64,000 bases of DNA from Candidatus Melainabacteria bacterium (GTDB taxonomy: Bacteria; Cyanobacteriota; Vampirovibrionia; Vampirovibrionales; JAJTHC01). The stretch lies in the NCBI GenBank assembly GCA_033763415.1, contig JANRKP010000031.1:10202-74201 (forward strand), in the 5' to 3' direction. The notes under the pieces were generated by a model. It had not been told where the DNA came from and searched no databases. It was given only the letters and a program-made list of their open reading frames with translations. Shown piece after piece: positions 28,468 to 37,700 of this stretch (the first letter of the stretch is position 1; the number at the start of each line of letters is the position of its first letter). Both the position numbers and the translations under genes were made by a program.

Positions 28468-30407
28468 TAATACCTTTGGGGCTGTATGGGGGTGGGGCGA
28501 TCAATGACCCGCAACCGAAAGCGATAGCCTGGAAAATCTCGCCGATTGGGATCCATGCCCACCACGCCACGGCGTCCATCGTAAATGGCCTGCACCTGCA
28601 CGTATTGGTAGCTTCCCGTCTGTGGATCAAAGCCGGTATAGATTTCCGCAGTGGCCGTGTTGCCATCCACAGCGTGGTAGGAGTGTTGCAGGTTGGCCAC
28701 CGGAAAATGATTCCAGAAGTCTTCCTGCACATTTTGAGGCACATAGCCAGGCCCCTGGAAGCCATAGCGGTTGTTGTACACCAGGTTGCGCAACCGGTAC
28801 TCGGCCTCTGCCACAGTCGGATCGGTGCTTTCCGCATAGTTGTTGTGATTAATGGTTTGGCACTTCAGATCGCCGTACCGGTAACCCGAGTCGTTGAGCA
28901 GGGCAATCAGGCCAATGCGAAGCGCTCGTATTTCCAGCTCTCGCTTGGCCGAATCGGTTAGTAAATGGTTCATTCCCTGGAACTGGGGCGGCTGAAAGCG
29001 CAAGTAGGTTAAGGGTAGCGCCACACTTTGCGCCTGCCATTCATCGGGGTGGTTAATGCAAATAAAATTCTCTGCCATTTCCACGCGGTAGCCGTGGGCA
29101 GGCAACGCATTTACGGCAGAGGGCGACGATGGACTGATGGATGAATCTCCCGTGCTAGCGGGTTGTACCCAGTCTTGACCAGAATTTGGCGGATTGAGCG
29201 CCTGATTCGAAAGGGGAACGTCTCCTCGGCGGGCCGTGTCGTTTGGAATGAGCAATCCTGGCGATTCGGCAGGGTGGTTGGTGTTATTGCTGGCCGTTTG
29301 CGAATTATTGCCGTTGGGAAGTGGAATGATAAGGCCAATAATGGCTGCCAACAACACTGCTGGAATGCCCATACCAAGCCAGTTGGCCAAAGGATCCGTG
29401 CTGGAAACCAACTTGTTTTTGGGCGGGGGCGCTGCGGCTGCCTTACGTGGCGGATCTAGCTCGGTGGTGGGTAAACTGGTGGTAAGCTGCATCACCTGCT
29501 CGGCCAGTTGTTGGCCAATGGTTGTAATGGAGCGCCGCAGTTGCTCGGCCAAATGACGTTCATACGAGTTGGCTGGCTTGGCGCCCGGGTGGATTTGTCC
29601 CTCCGGGTTTGTTAGCCGCAACCCGTTTTGCGAGACGCTCTCGGTCCAAACCTGAGGGGGTTGGTTCATCTTTAGGGTTTTGGCCACCATTTCCGTCAAA
29701 ATACGGAAGGTTTCCTCCTCGCTGAGGCCATGTAAGGGTTGATTGGCTGTTCGCTGCAAGGCGTAGGTGGTTTCCAACAAAATGGGCAAATACCGCTGGA
29801 AAGCTTCTGGAGACACCTCTGGCGGTAGCGAGAAGCGGGCCTGGCCAACAGGCACCAACTGCTGTGCGCCTTGTTCTCTCTGCAGGGCGTTCGGGTGGTG
29901 GGCGGCCGGAAGTGTTCGGTGCGGGCTGCCAAAGGAAGGTAGCTGAAACGGAGAAGCATCTGCCAGCGAAGAGCCATGCGCCGGTTCCCATTGGCTGGAA
30001 ACGGACGGAAACGTCTCGCGGAGGACAAGCAAGGTTTGACGAAACATCTCGTCGGTAAAGCGGTACTGGCTAACCAGGCGCGGTCTGCCCTCGGGCCCTT
30101 CCGGGTATTCGTAAAGACACATCACCAGGGGTTCATCGGGCTGATTGCTGCGGAATAAATCCACCGTCATTCGGGTAATGTTTGGCAGATGTTGCGTACC
30201 AAAACGCACTGCTGGCAGCGGTTCGGCACCAGAGACGCTGGAAGAAGACATATTTTGTACTGCCAAAGCGTCTTTCCCCAGGCGAACGCTATCGCCGCCT
30301 TCTACGGAAAACTGAACGGGCGGACGAACGGAAGACATTGCTTGCGGGCTGATAGAATGGCTTTTGGGTATGAAACCGAAATGGCTTGGTGCGTTTGGCT
30401 GTATCAT
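28467..30407 (-). CDS. hypothetical bitopic membrane protein (646 aa), third gene of orphan operon
   Basis: ATG 30407 lies 10 nt after GAGG. There is a single TM (GMGIPAVLLAAIIGLIIPLP) after a ~345-aa N-domain, then an Asn/Ser/Pro linker and a Tyr/Asn-rich C-terminal module. No family motif recognised. Confidence 0.6.
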   Translation of the reverse strand: MIQPNAPSHFGFIPKSHSISPQAMSSVRPPVQFSVEGGDSVRLGKDALAVQNMSSSSVSGAEPLPAVRFGTQHLPNITRMTVDLFRSNQPDEPLVMCLYEYPEGPEGRPRLVSQYRFTDEMFRQTLLVLRETFPSVSSQWEPAHGSSLADASPFQLPSFGSPHRTLPAAHHPNALQREQGAQQLVPVGQARFSLPPEVSPEAFQRYLPILLETTYALQRTANQPLHGLSEEETFRILTEMVAKTLKMNQPPQVWTESVSQNGLRLTNPEGQIHPGAKPANSYERHLAEQLRRSITTIGQQLAEQVMQLTTSLPTTELDPPRKAAAAPPPKNKLVSSTDPLANWLGMGIPAVLLAAIIGLIIPLPNGNNSQTASNNTNHPAESPGLLIPNDTARRGDVPLSNQALNPPNSGQDWVQPASTGDSSISPSSPSAVNALPAHGYRVEMAENFICINHPDEWQAQSVALPLTYLRFQPPQFQGMNHLLTDSAKRELEIRALRIGLIALLNDSGYRYGDLKCQTINHNNYAESTDPTVAEAEYRLRNLVYNNRYGFQGPGYVPQNVQEDFWNHFPVANLQHSYHAVDGNTATAEIYTGFDPQTGSYQYVQVQAIYDGRRGVVGMDPNRRDFPGYRFRLRVIDRPTPIQPQRY

Positions 30408-30512
30408 GGCTCGTCAACCTCACTGGCGGCAAGCAGAACCGTTACCGGGTGCCTCGCTGTTAATTAAAAAAGACCCAACATTTGCTTATTGAAACACAGA
30501 GATGGACAGACG

Positions 30513-31958
30513 TTAAGTCTCGATGGCGTGATTGGTGGTTGTGGTGTGAAATGCTGCGATTTTCGAGGTTTGGTAAAGTTGCTCCGTGGCCGCCATAAGT
30601 GTTTCCAACGTGGGGGGCAAGGCAAACGGATTATTGGACGGCGTAAGCTGTGCGGAAGGAAACGCCCCGGGCAATTGTGTCTTCAAGTTAAGTTGATTTT
30701 CTTCCTTGGCGTAGAAGGCCGGATCCAGGGTGGCGGTAAACAGGGCCTCTGGCGGTGCTTCGTACGGCACGTGCAAGGCTTTCAGTTGCTGATCGATTTG
30801 AGTCAGCAGTGCCGGGGTAATCCGTTGGCTAAACGCTTGCCATAGGGTTTCCTGGTCGGTATCGTTGGCCAGTGTGGCGGAAGGCTGATTTGGAATGCTG
30901 GCGCTACTTGCCAAAAAAATGGCACGGCCAATGGCTTCCGGGTGCTGGTAGTTGGCAAATTTTTCCTCAATCAGCGCCTCTGGTGCCAGGCTGGCGTTCA
31001 GTGCCTCTGGTAAATGGTTGGCGCGGGGTTCGCTTTTAGACCACGGCCACTTAAAGCCTTCCACACAGCCCAACACTGGTAAACAACTGGGTTGGCCCCT
31101 CATTTGGCTAATCACCCCCGGTAAACCCCAAGCGGTGGTTAACGCTAAAAATGCGCCCAAAAGCGAAACTTTAAAAATCTGATCCAAACCAGGCCATTGA
31201 ATCGTTTCCCACGGCATGGCCATCTGTTGGCGACGAATGTCGCTTAGGCTCAGTCCTGGAACATGCTCCTCCTGTGGGCGGTGGAGGGGGGCTTTGGCCA
31301 CGAACCCGTCCTCAGGATTCGTCGTAACAGGGTTGACCGGGCGCGATTGCCGCTGTGACGACGGGCGTGAGGCCAGTTGCAGAAAATTAACCGACTCAGA
31401 GTAAGCCTGTTTAATCTCTCGCTGGGCGTCTCTATCGGGCTCAAATTTGGTTGCGTTATATTGCTCAAAATAACTCCAGGTGCCCAAAACAGGGCGTCCC
31501 GTCACTTTGTCTCTAAGCTGAAAAGCTTGCTCTAGCGAATAACGTTTTTGAATCGGATCGTTGGGCAGAAAGACCCGAACCTCACCCTCATAAAAGATAG
31601 CCCTCGGTTTTTGCTTGCTGGATGTGGCGCTCAGCGTTAAATAGACAGAATTTTCCGAAACGCGCCAAACGGGCTTAAAGTCAATATCATCATCAATAAT
31701 GACTTTGGCCTGGTAGGGTAAATCTTCAAGGTTATACTCAAAGCGCCAGCGGTCTCTAATAAAGTCTAAAATGTCTTCTCCAAAGTGTGGGGCAACCACA
31801 GGTAAATGCCCCCGGGTGAGCACACGAATTTCATCGGCGGGCAACATTGTCTGGGCCATTGTCGCCTGGGTTAGCAAATGCTCTCGGCGTTGCCCAGGAC
31901 GATCTTTCTGAATGGAATCAGCCAGTAGAAAGGGTGGATGGAGAGATGCAAGCTTCAT
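30513..31958 (-). CDS. hypothetical bitopic membrane protein (481 aa), second gene of orphan operon
   Basis: There is a single TM (VSLLGAFLALTTAWGLPGVI) after a ~255-aa N-domain. No family motif recognised. Confidence 0.6.
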   Translation of the reverse strand: MKLASLHPPFLLADSIQKDRPGQRREHLLTQATMAQTMLPADEIRVLTRGHLPVVAPHFGEDILDFIRDRWRFEYNLEDLPYQAKVIIDDDIDFKPVWRVSENSVYLTLSATSSKQKPRAIFYEGEVRVFLPNDPIQKRYSLEQAFQLRDKVTGRPVLGTWSYFEQYNATKFEPDRDAQREIKQAYSESVNFLQLASRPSSQRQSRPVNPVTTNPEDGFVAKAPLHRPQEEHVPGLSLSDIRRQQMAMPWETIQWPGLDQIFKVSLLGAFLALTTAWGLPGVISQMRGQPSCLPVLGCVEGFKWPWSKSEPRANHLPEALNASLAPEALIEEKFANYQHPEAIGRAIFLASSASIPNQPSATLANDTDQETLWQAFSQRITPALLTQIDQQLKALHVPYEAPPEALFTATLDPAFYAKEENQLNLKTQLPGAFPSAQLTPSNNPFALPPTLETLMAATEQLYQTSKIAAFHTTTTNHAIET

Positions 31959-32031
31959 TGGTTAAACAACCCCGTGGAGACAGTTGGCGCAAACCCACAA
32001 ACATTGCCACGCGTGCGCTTGGGCAGAGATG

Positions 32032-32946
32032 TTAGCTGGGAGGAGGACACGAGAGCCCCTTTACATACGTGTTCATCACATTAATAATCGTATTCCAGTC
32101 CAGAGTGGTGGCGGCCGCCTGACCGGTTTCTGGCCGACTCCAGTTGGTCAGTTTGTCTGAAGCAGGCGTTAAATCCAGTGGCGTTGCGCCAAAGGGTTGG
32201 GTTGGGCTTGCCGGATTATACTTTTGCTTGAGTGCGGCGGCGGCTTCAGGCTTAATCAGCACGGCCAACAGGGCGTTAATGCGGGCTTCTCCGCTAAAAC
32301 TGCCCCCAAAATTTGTTTGAGCTTCCTGTAATTTCGCTGGTGTAATGTGGGTTAAAAAGGGATCGAAAAAGTGTCGGTAGAGCCGAACCGCCAGCAGCGC
32401 CTCACCTGGATCTCCTTGATAGTTAATACTGCCCACCAGCGCGGTTTCTCGGGCTCGGAGCTGATCCACCTGACTGTTTTCCTCCGCCACCGGCGGTAGG
32501 CAAATCTGACTCGAATCCAACCACTCTGCCGCCGGACGTCCATTGGCTTGCGGAACCGCCCCGGGCGTTGCGCCCGGTATGCTGCCAGGGGCCGGAACGA
32601 AGTTTAACAGCATGCTGGCCAGCAGGGCGGAACTGGCCCCACCGACAAACAACCCCATCGTTGCAGACATCCACTCTGGCCACTGAGAGAAAAGCGGCAC
32701 CTTGTGCGGCTGGTTTTGTTGTGAAAATCGCAGGAGCGGCGATTTGCCAACGGGTGCAGCGGCCACCCACTCAAAGTAATCTGTGGGGGCTTGGCCTACT
32801 GGGCGGTGGGGGGCTGCGGAAGCTGAAACGGGGTTTGTTGCGGTCCAAGAAAACGGCTTTTCCAAAACGACGGAGTCCTGAACCCCTGCGCGGAAACGTT
32901 GCGCAAGGGGGATAGTGTGTTGCAAATACGGCGTCGCCGTCAGCAT
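32032..32946 (-). CDS. hypothetical bitopic membrane protein (304 aa), first gene of orphan operon
   Basis: ATG 32946 is preceded by AAAGGA. There is a single TM (MSATMGLFVGGASSALLASMLLNFV) after a ~95-aa N-domain. No family motif recognised. Confidence 0.6.
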   Translation of the reverse strand: MLTATPYLQHTIPLAQRFRAGVQDSVVLEKPFSWTATNPVSASAAPHRPVGQAPTDYFEWVAAAPVGKSPLLRFSQQNQPHKVPLFSQWPEWMSATMGLFVGGASSALLASMLLNFVPAPGSIPGATPGAVPQANGRPAAEWLDSSQICLPPVAEENSQVDQLRARETALVGSINYQGDPGEALLAVRLYRHFFDPFLTHITPAKLQEAQTNFGGSFSGEARINALLAVLIKPEAAAALKQKYNPASPTQPFGATPLDLTPASDKLTNWSRPETGQAAATTLDWNTIINVMNTYVKGLSCPPPS

Positions 32947-33657
32947 GATGAAGTCCTTTATGGCTTAAGCCTTATTTTTTGACGACTCAGTTCGATTTTA
33001 GCCACTTGTCCGAATCCTGTTTTTTTACTGTCCCAGCGGGAGCAAACACCCGTTTGCGCGTTGTTTTAGGCAGATTCCAAAAAAAGGATGCCCTAACCAA
33101 TAATCAAAAAAACAAAACAGTCAATGAAACTTAAAATCAGGCCGACGCCTCGAAGGGGCCTTTGGCGTCACGGTAGCTGCCTTCACGGTTTTTGACGGTG
33201 TTTTAAACCCCATCAGAAAAAATAATTCAAAAACCCAAATACCGAATACAACGTGGAACAAAAAAAGAGAGCAAAAAATAGTACATAACGGCCATCAGTC
33301 CTCGAAACATCGGGGAGGCCGTTTGCGGTGGTGCCGTTGTTGGTGAAGAGGCAAAACGATAAAACGTCAGGCTACATTCACCGTTTTACGTTCACCTTAA
33401 AGCGTGGTTATCCAGAACAAGAGCGTGATTGTCCAAAACAAACGTTAAGAATAACGCCCCGAAAACCACCTACGGGCATTACCCTACCACAAGCATCATA
33501 AAAAGAATAGTGCCTTGCAAGATGAATTCAAAAATGAATTCCTGGTTGAGCGCCTGCCAAAAACGGCACTGATTAACGCGTGTCCTCAGCTCATGCTTTG
33601 AAGGGCATTTGCCGCAGGGTTGTGCCGCTTACGCCTTGCAAATTCTCCGTCATCACC

Positions 33658-35652
33658 TCAACGGAGAACAGGCCCTGGCCGAGCACCCGAGGGGCCGGAT
33701 ACCAGGGGAGGCGCGACCGTGGGTGGCAGGGAGCTGGCGGCAACGGGGGATTTTTTGAATGAGTGTCGCTGCCGTTGATCCAGAGATTCCAGCCAGCGGT
33801 GGGTGGATAAAAAGCGCCAGAGCAAAGCATCACTATTGCTATTTCTGTAGTTTCGCTGTTCCGGCTTATCCCAGGCACTCTGGTAGCGTTGCCACTGGCG
33901 ATGCACCTCTGCAAGCCAGCCTGCCGGGGCCAAATCCTCAAACATCTCTGCGGCGGAATTTAATTTATCGCAAAAGGCGGCACGGTTTGCTGGCTGGGCA
34001 AACCAGTGGGAAGCCGGGGTTTCAAAGCCCATTTTGTCGCGTCGGTTCAAGACAACATCCGGCAGAACGGATTTTGCCGCCGAGCGCAACAGCGCCTTGG
34101 TTTGTTGCCGATCGATTTTGTAGGCGTGTGGCAGGCTGTAGGCAAAATCGACCAAACGATAGTCGAGATAGGGCAGACGAGATTCCAGCGAGAAAGCCAT
34201 CGAGTTCCGATCTTCCAGGTGGAGCAAATCCACCAGGGGAACCATACAGCCGTAGCGCAGGGCCGCATCCAATTCATCGCTTGCGCCAGACAGCAGATGT
34301 CGCAGCTCGTCGTGCCCGGCGTATGTCTTTCGCTTTTGGATGGGTTGGGTCAGTGCGCGGCGAAGGAGTTTCCAGCGGCTAACGGGCGAATGTCCCAAAC
34401 GGTCTGCAATGGCCGCATGTTGCTGCCATAAATCATCCCAGGCGGCGCGGGTGGGGTTTTTCAACCAGTCGCGAGCCAATGCCTGTAGCTTAAGAGAAAA
34501 ATAGCCGTGGTAACCGCCCAGGGTTTCATCGGCTCCCTGTCCGTCGATCAACACGGTTACGTGTCCTTGGGCCAACGCCATTACGGCCCGTTGAGACAAA
34601 ACCGATGGCCCCAGCGTCGGTCCGTCCTGCTCCCACACGCTGCGATCCACGGCCGCCATCAAATCCGGGTAGTCTGGCTCCTGGGTAAAGGCCCGTGTTT
34701 GAAACGCATCCTGGCAGGCCTGAATGTACCTGGATTCGTCCACGGCGGGCAAACCAGGATACACGCAAGAAAAACTGTTCAAAGCGGTATCAAACATTTG
34801 GCTGGCCAGGCCCACCAACGTGGGGGAATCCAAACCACCACTCATACAGCAGCCAACGGGCACATCACTACGAAAACGGAGACGAATCGCATCGCGAAGC
34901 AGCTCGCCATAGTGTTGGCCCGCCTCTTCCAAAGACAGCTTGGGCGCTGGATCAACGTTTGGCAGTTGGTAATAGCGTTTTTGACGCAAGGGCTGCCCCA
35001 CCAGTTGGCGAGGTAACCACGCCCAGTGGGCCGGTTTAAGGTGATAGAGCCCATGGTAGAGGCTCTCTTCAAAGGCAGAAAACTCTCCCGTGGTTAAAAA
35101 ATGCTGTAGTAACGGTGGGTTGGGCCGTGCATAGGCCGGAAATTGCTCCAAGATGGCTTTGTGCTCACTGGCAAACACAAAACCCGCCTGCCCGTCCATG
35201 GCAAACACAAACGGTTTAATCCCGTAACGATCGCGCGCCATAAAGAGCGCATCCTGCCCACGGTCATAGAGGACAAAGGCCCACATTCCGTTAAAGCGGT
35301 GCAGGCATTCCGTTCCCCAGGCGTCATAGGCTTTTAAAATCACCTCGGTGTCACTTTCCGTTTGAAAGTGATATCCCTTAGACGATAGCTGCTCGCGAAG
35401 TTCGACGTAGTTGTAAATTTCGCCGTTATACACCAGCACGTTCCCGTTGCTGGCGTCGTGCATCGGCTGGTTCGATCGCGGATTGAGATCCAGAATACTG
35501 AGGCGGGCGTGCGCCAACCCCAGGCCCGGCTCAGTGTACACGGCCTGATGATCCGGGCCACGGTGGCGAATCTCCTGGATCATGTTCCAGAGGTGGGCTT
35601 CATTGGGCTGAAACTGTCTATCGCGAGTAAATTGTCCTGCAATGCCACACAT
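33658..35652 (-). CDS. asnB: asparagine synthase (glutamine-hydrolysing) family amidotransferase
   Basis: The N-terminal MCGIAG (Ntn Cys nucleophile) and the SGGLDS PP-loop are present. At 664 aa it is typical of envelope/EPS-associated AsnB paralogs. Confidence 0.85.
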   Translation of the reverse strand: MCGIAGQFTRDRQFQPNEAHLWNMIQEIRHRGPDHQAVYTEPGLGLAHARLSILDLNPRSNQPMHDASNGNVLVYNGEIYNYVELREQLSSKGYHFQTESDTEVILKAYDAWGTECLHRFNGMWAFVLYDRGQDALFMARDRYGIKPFVFAMDGQAGFVFASEHKAILEQFPAYARPNPPLLQHFLTTGEFSAFEESLYHGLYHLKPAHWAWLPRQLVGQPLRQKRYYQLPNVDPAPKLSLEEAGQHYGELLRDAIRLRFRSDVPVGCCMSGGLDSPTLVGLASQMFDTALNSFSCVYPGLPAVDESRYIQACQDAFQTRAFTQEPDYPDLMAAVDRSVWEQDGPTLGPSVLSQRAVMALAQGHVTVLIDGQGADETLGGYHGYFSLKLQALARDWLKNPTRAAWDDLWQQHAAIADRLGHSPVSRWKLLRRALTQPIQKRKTYAGHDELRHLLSGASDELDAALRYGCMVPLVDLLHLEDRNSMAFSLESRLPYLDYRLVDFAYSLPHAYKIDRQQTKALLRSAAKSVLPDVVLNRRDKMGFETPASHWFAQPANRAAFCDKLNSAAEMFEDLAPAGWLAEVHRQWQRYQSAWDKPEQRNYRNSNSDALLWRFLSTHRWLESLDQRQRHSFKKSPVAASSLPPTVAPPLVSGPSGARPGPVLR

Positions 35653-35682
35653 GAACGCGGTATCCTATTGCACACGACAGCA

Positions 35683-37467
35683 CTACACTTGTTGTAACTG
35701 ATGGTAGCGACCTTCCAGGGCCATTAAGGCTTCGTGGGTGCCGCTTTCCACAATACAGCCCGCCTCCAGCACAATAATTCGGCTTGCCATGCGAACGGTG
35801 GACAGCCGATGCGCAATCATCACCACCGTTCGGCCGGTCATCAAACGGCGGAGTGTTTGCTGAAGGCGTGCCTCGGTCGTATTGTCCAGGGCGCTGGTGG
35901 CCTCGTCCAAAATTAACAGCGGGGCGTTCTTCAAAAATGCACGGGCAATGGCCACCCGCTGGCGCTGCCCGCCAGAGAGCTTGACCCCGTTCTCACCCAC
36001 CGGGGTTTCAAACCCCTGGGGTTGGGCCATAATCCAGTCGTACAAAACCGCCTGCTTGGCCGCCTCTTCCACCGCCTCATCCGTCGCATCCAGGCGGCCC
36101 AGGCGAATGTTTTCCGCCAGCGTGCCATCAAAAATAGTGGTGTCCTGGCTCACCAGGGCCATTTGTTGGCGCAGCGACAGTGTTTGATAATTTCGTAAAT
36201 CTATTCCGTTGTATAAAATGCGTCCCTCGGTCGGATCCATAAAGCGGGCCATCAAATCGGCCAGGGTGGATTTTCCGCCCCCACTGCCACCAACAATCGC
36301 CAGAACCTCTCCTTGAGACAGCGTTAGGTGAATGTGGCGCAAGACGGGCCGGTCGGCATCGTAGGCAAAAGAAACGTTCTCCAGCACAAGATTTTCCAGG
36401 GGGCCTGCAATCTCGCCGCTGGTGGCGTTTTCATCAAACGCCGGACGAACATCCACCTTTTCAAACACCCGTTGGGCTGGCGCCATCGTGCGATGAATGG
36501 CGCTCCATTGAGAGGCCAGTTCCTTCATCGGCTCGTAGGCCATTGCCAAGGCCAGCAAAAACGAAACCAGGTCTCCAGGGGTCATTTGGCCGGACTGAAC
36601 CGCCCATCCACCGGCAATGAGCACCACAGAGAGACCAATGGCCGCCACCAGATGAATCAGCGGACGAATGAGAATCAGCGCCGTGGCAATCCCCATACTG
36701 GTGGTAAACCCTTCGCTCAGCGCATGCCGAAATCGCTGTAAAAACAAGGGTTGCAGCGTAAAGAGCTTAATGACCTTCATGCAGCGCACGTTGTTGGAAA
36801 ACACGTCCAGCAGATGACTGGTGGTGTTCTGTAGCTGATGATCCAACTGCTGAATGCGCTGGCTGAGACGCCGAACCGGCCAGGCCAACAGCACAACAAC
36901 CGTTACGGACAAGCACGCATATAGCGGGTTTCGGTAAACAAGCACCCCAAACAGCAGCAGCAGCTTGGACGCCTGAATGACGACCTCTTTCAGGTGGGTT
37001 ACCACCGCCACCTGAAGCACGGCCGGATCCTGAAAATAGCGACTGATAAACGTTCCGGTGGAGGCCCGCTGGTAGTAGTCCAGCGTCATTCGGCTTAAAC
37101 GGTCGTAGAGTTGCAGGCGCAGGTCTCGAATAATGGCATTGCCCAAATAACTGGCCTGATACTGACTGATATACTCAAAAATTCCCTGGAGCACAGCGGC
37201 CAGCACCAAGGCCACTGGAATCCACAGCAACCAGTCCGCCCGACCCGCCTGAAGGCCTTGATCCACCAAGGTGCCCGATAGAAAAGCCGTTGCACCCTGA
37301 AGGGCAGATCCTGGCAGCGAAGCCAGAACCGTCCAGATGAACCGCCCCCGATAGTTCAGCAGGTAGCCCAGCAGGCGCCGGTACTGCCGAAAACTGTTGA
37401 CCGATGGCGCACCCCGAACACGTCGTCCACCGTCCGTAGACCTTTGTGTAGAAACCGGCTTAACCAA
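35683..37467 (-). CDS. ABC exporter, fused permease/ATPase (MsbA-like)
   Basis: Six-TM exporter domain, Walker A GGSGGGKST, signature LSGGQRQRVAIARAF, Walker B LILDEATSALD. TTG start. Confidence 0.85.
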   Translation of the reverse strand: MVKPVSTQRSTDGGRRVRGAPSVNSFRQYRRLLGYLLNYRGRFIWTVLASLPGSALQGATAFLSGTLVDQGLQAGRADWLLWIPVALVLAAVLQGIFEYISQYQASYLGNAIIRDLRLQLYDRLSRMTLDYYQRASTGTFISRYFQDPAVLQVAVVTHLKEVVIQASKLLLLFGVLVYRNPLYACLSVTVVVLLAWPVRRLSQRIQQLDHQLQNTTSHLLDVFSNNVRCMKVIKLFTLQPLFLQRFRHALSEGFTTSMGIATALILIRPLIHLVAAIGLSVVLIAGGWAVQSGQMTPGDLVSFLLALAMAYEPMKELASQWSAIHRTMAPAQRVFEKVDVRPAFDENATSGEIAGPLENLVLENVSFAYDADRPVLRHIHLTLSQGEVLAIVGGSGGGKSTLADLMARFMDPTEGRILYNGIDLRNYQTLSLRQQMALVSQDTTIFDGTLAENIRLGRLDATDEAVEEAAKQAVLYDWIMAQPQGFETPVGENGVKLSGGQRQRVAIARAFLKNAPLLILDEATSALDNTTEARLQQTLRRLMTGRTVVMIAHRLSTVRMASRIIVLEAGCIVESGTHEALMALEGRYHQLQQV

Positions 37468-37700
37468 CGTGTGGACTCCACTGTGGATACAGACAAACTG
37501 AGGTTCAACCTCTACCCGGCAGCCAGTATGGTAAAACCAGGCACTTGCCGGTTATAGCACGATTCCCCAAGCCAGGTCGATCGCCTGGACGAAATCGTAA
37601 CAACCCCTATCCCCGCAAACAACCTGCTGCGTCCGCCTGCTTCTGGCAGAGGAAGGCCTTCCGTGATGGTTTATATGGGGTTTAAGGGAGGACGATGCCG

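Noticed and set aside
28388-28837. ORFs running through the dispersed repeat (28388..28837, 51889..52107, 23425..23679) as a conserved small peptide
   Set aside because: The copies are read in different frames relative to the element, because indels shift the frame. They lack starts within the element, so the similarity is at the DNA/RNA level.
33658-37467. AsnB-like gene plus ABC exporter read as a lasso-peptide C/D pair, with a precursor hidden in the downstream ORF-free region
   Set aside because: The AsnB homolog keeps the MCGIAG Ntn nucleophile and full length of genuine Gln-dependent amidotransferases. No B-type protease or RRE gene is present. The mini-ORFs in 32947-33657 lack convincing SD sequences and lasso-like core features.
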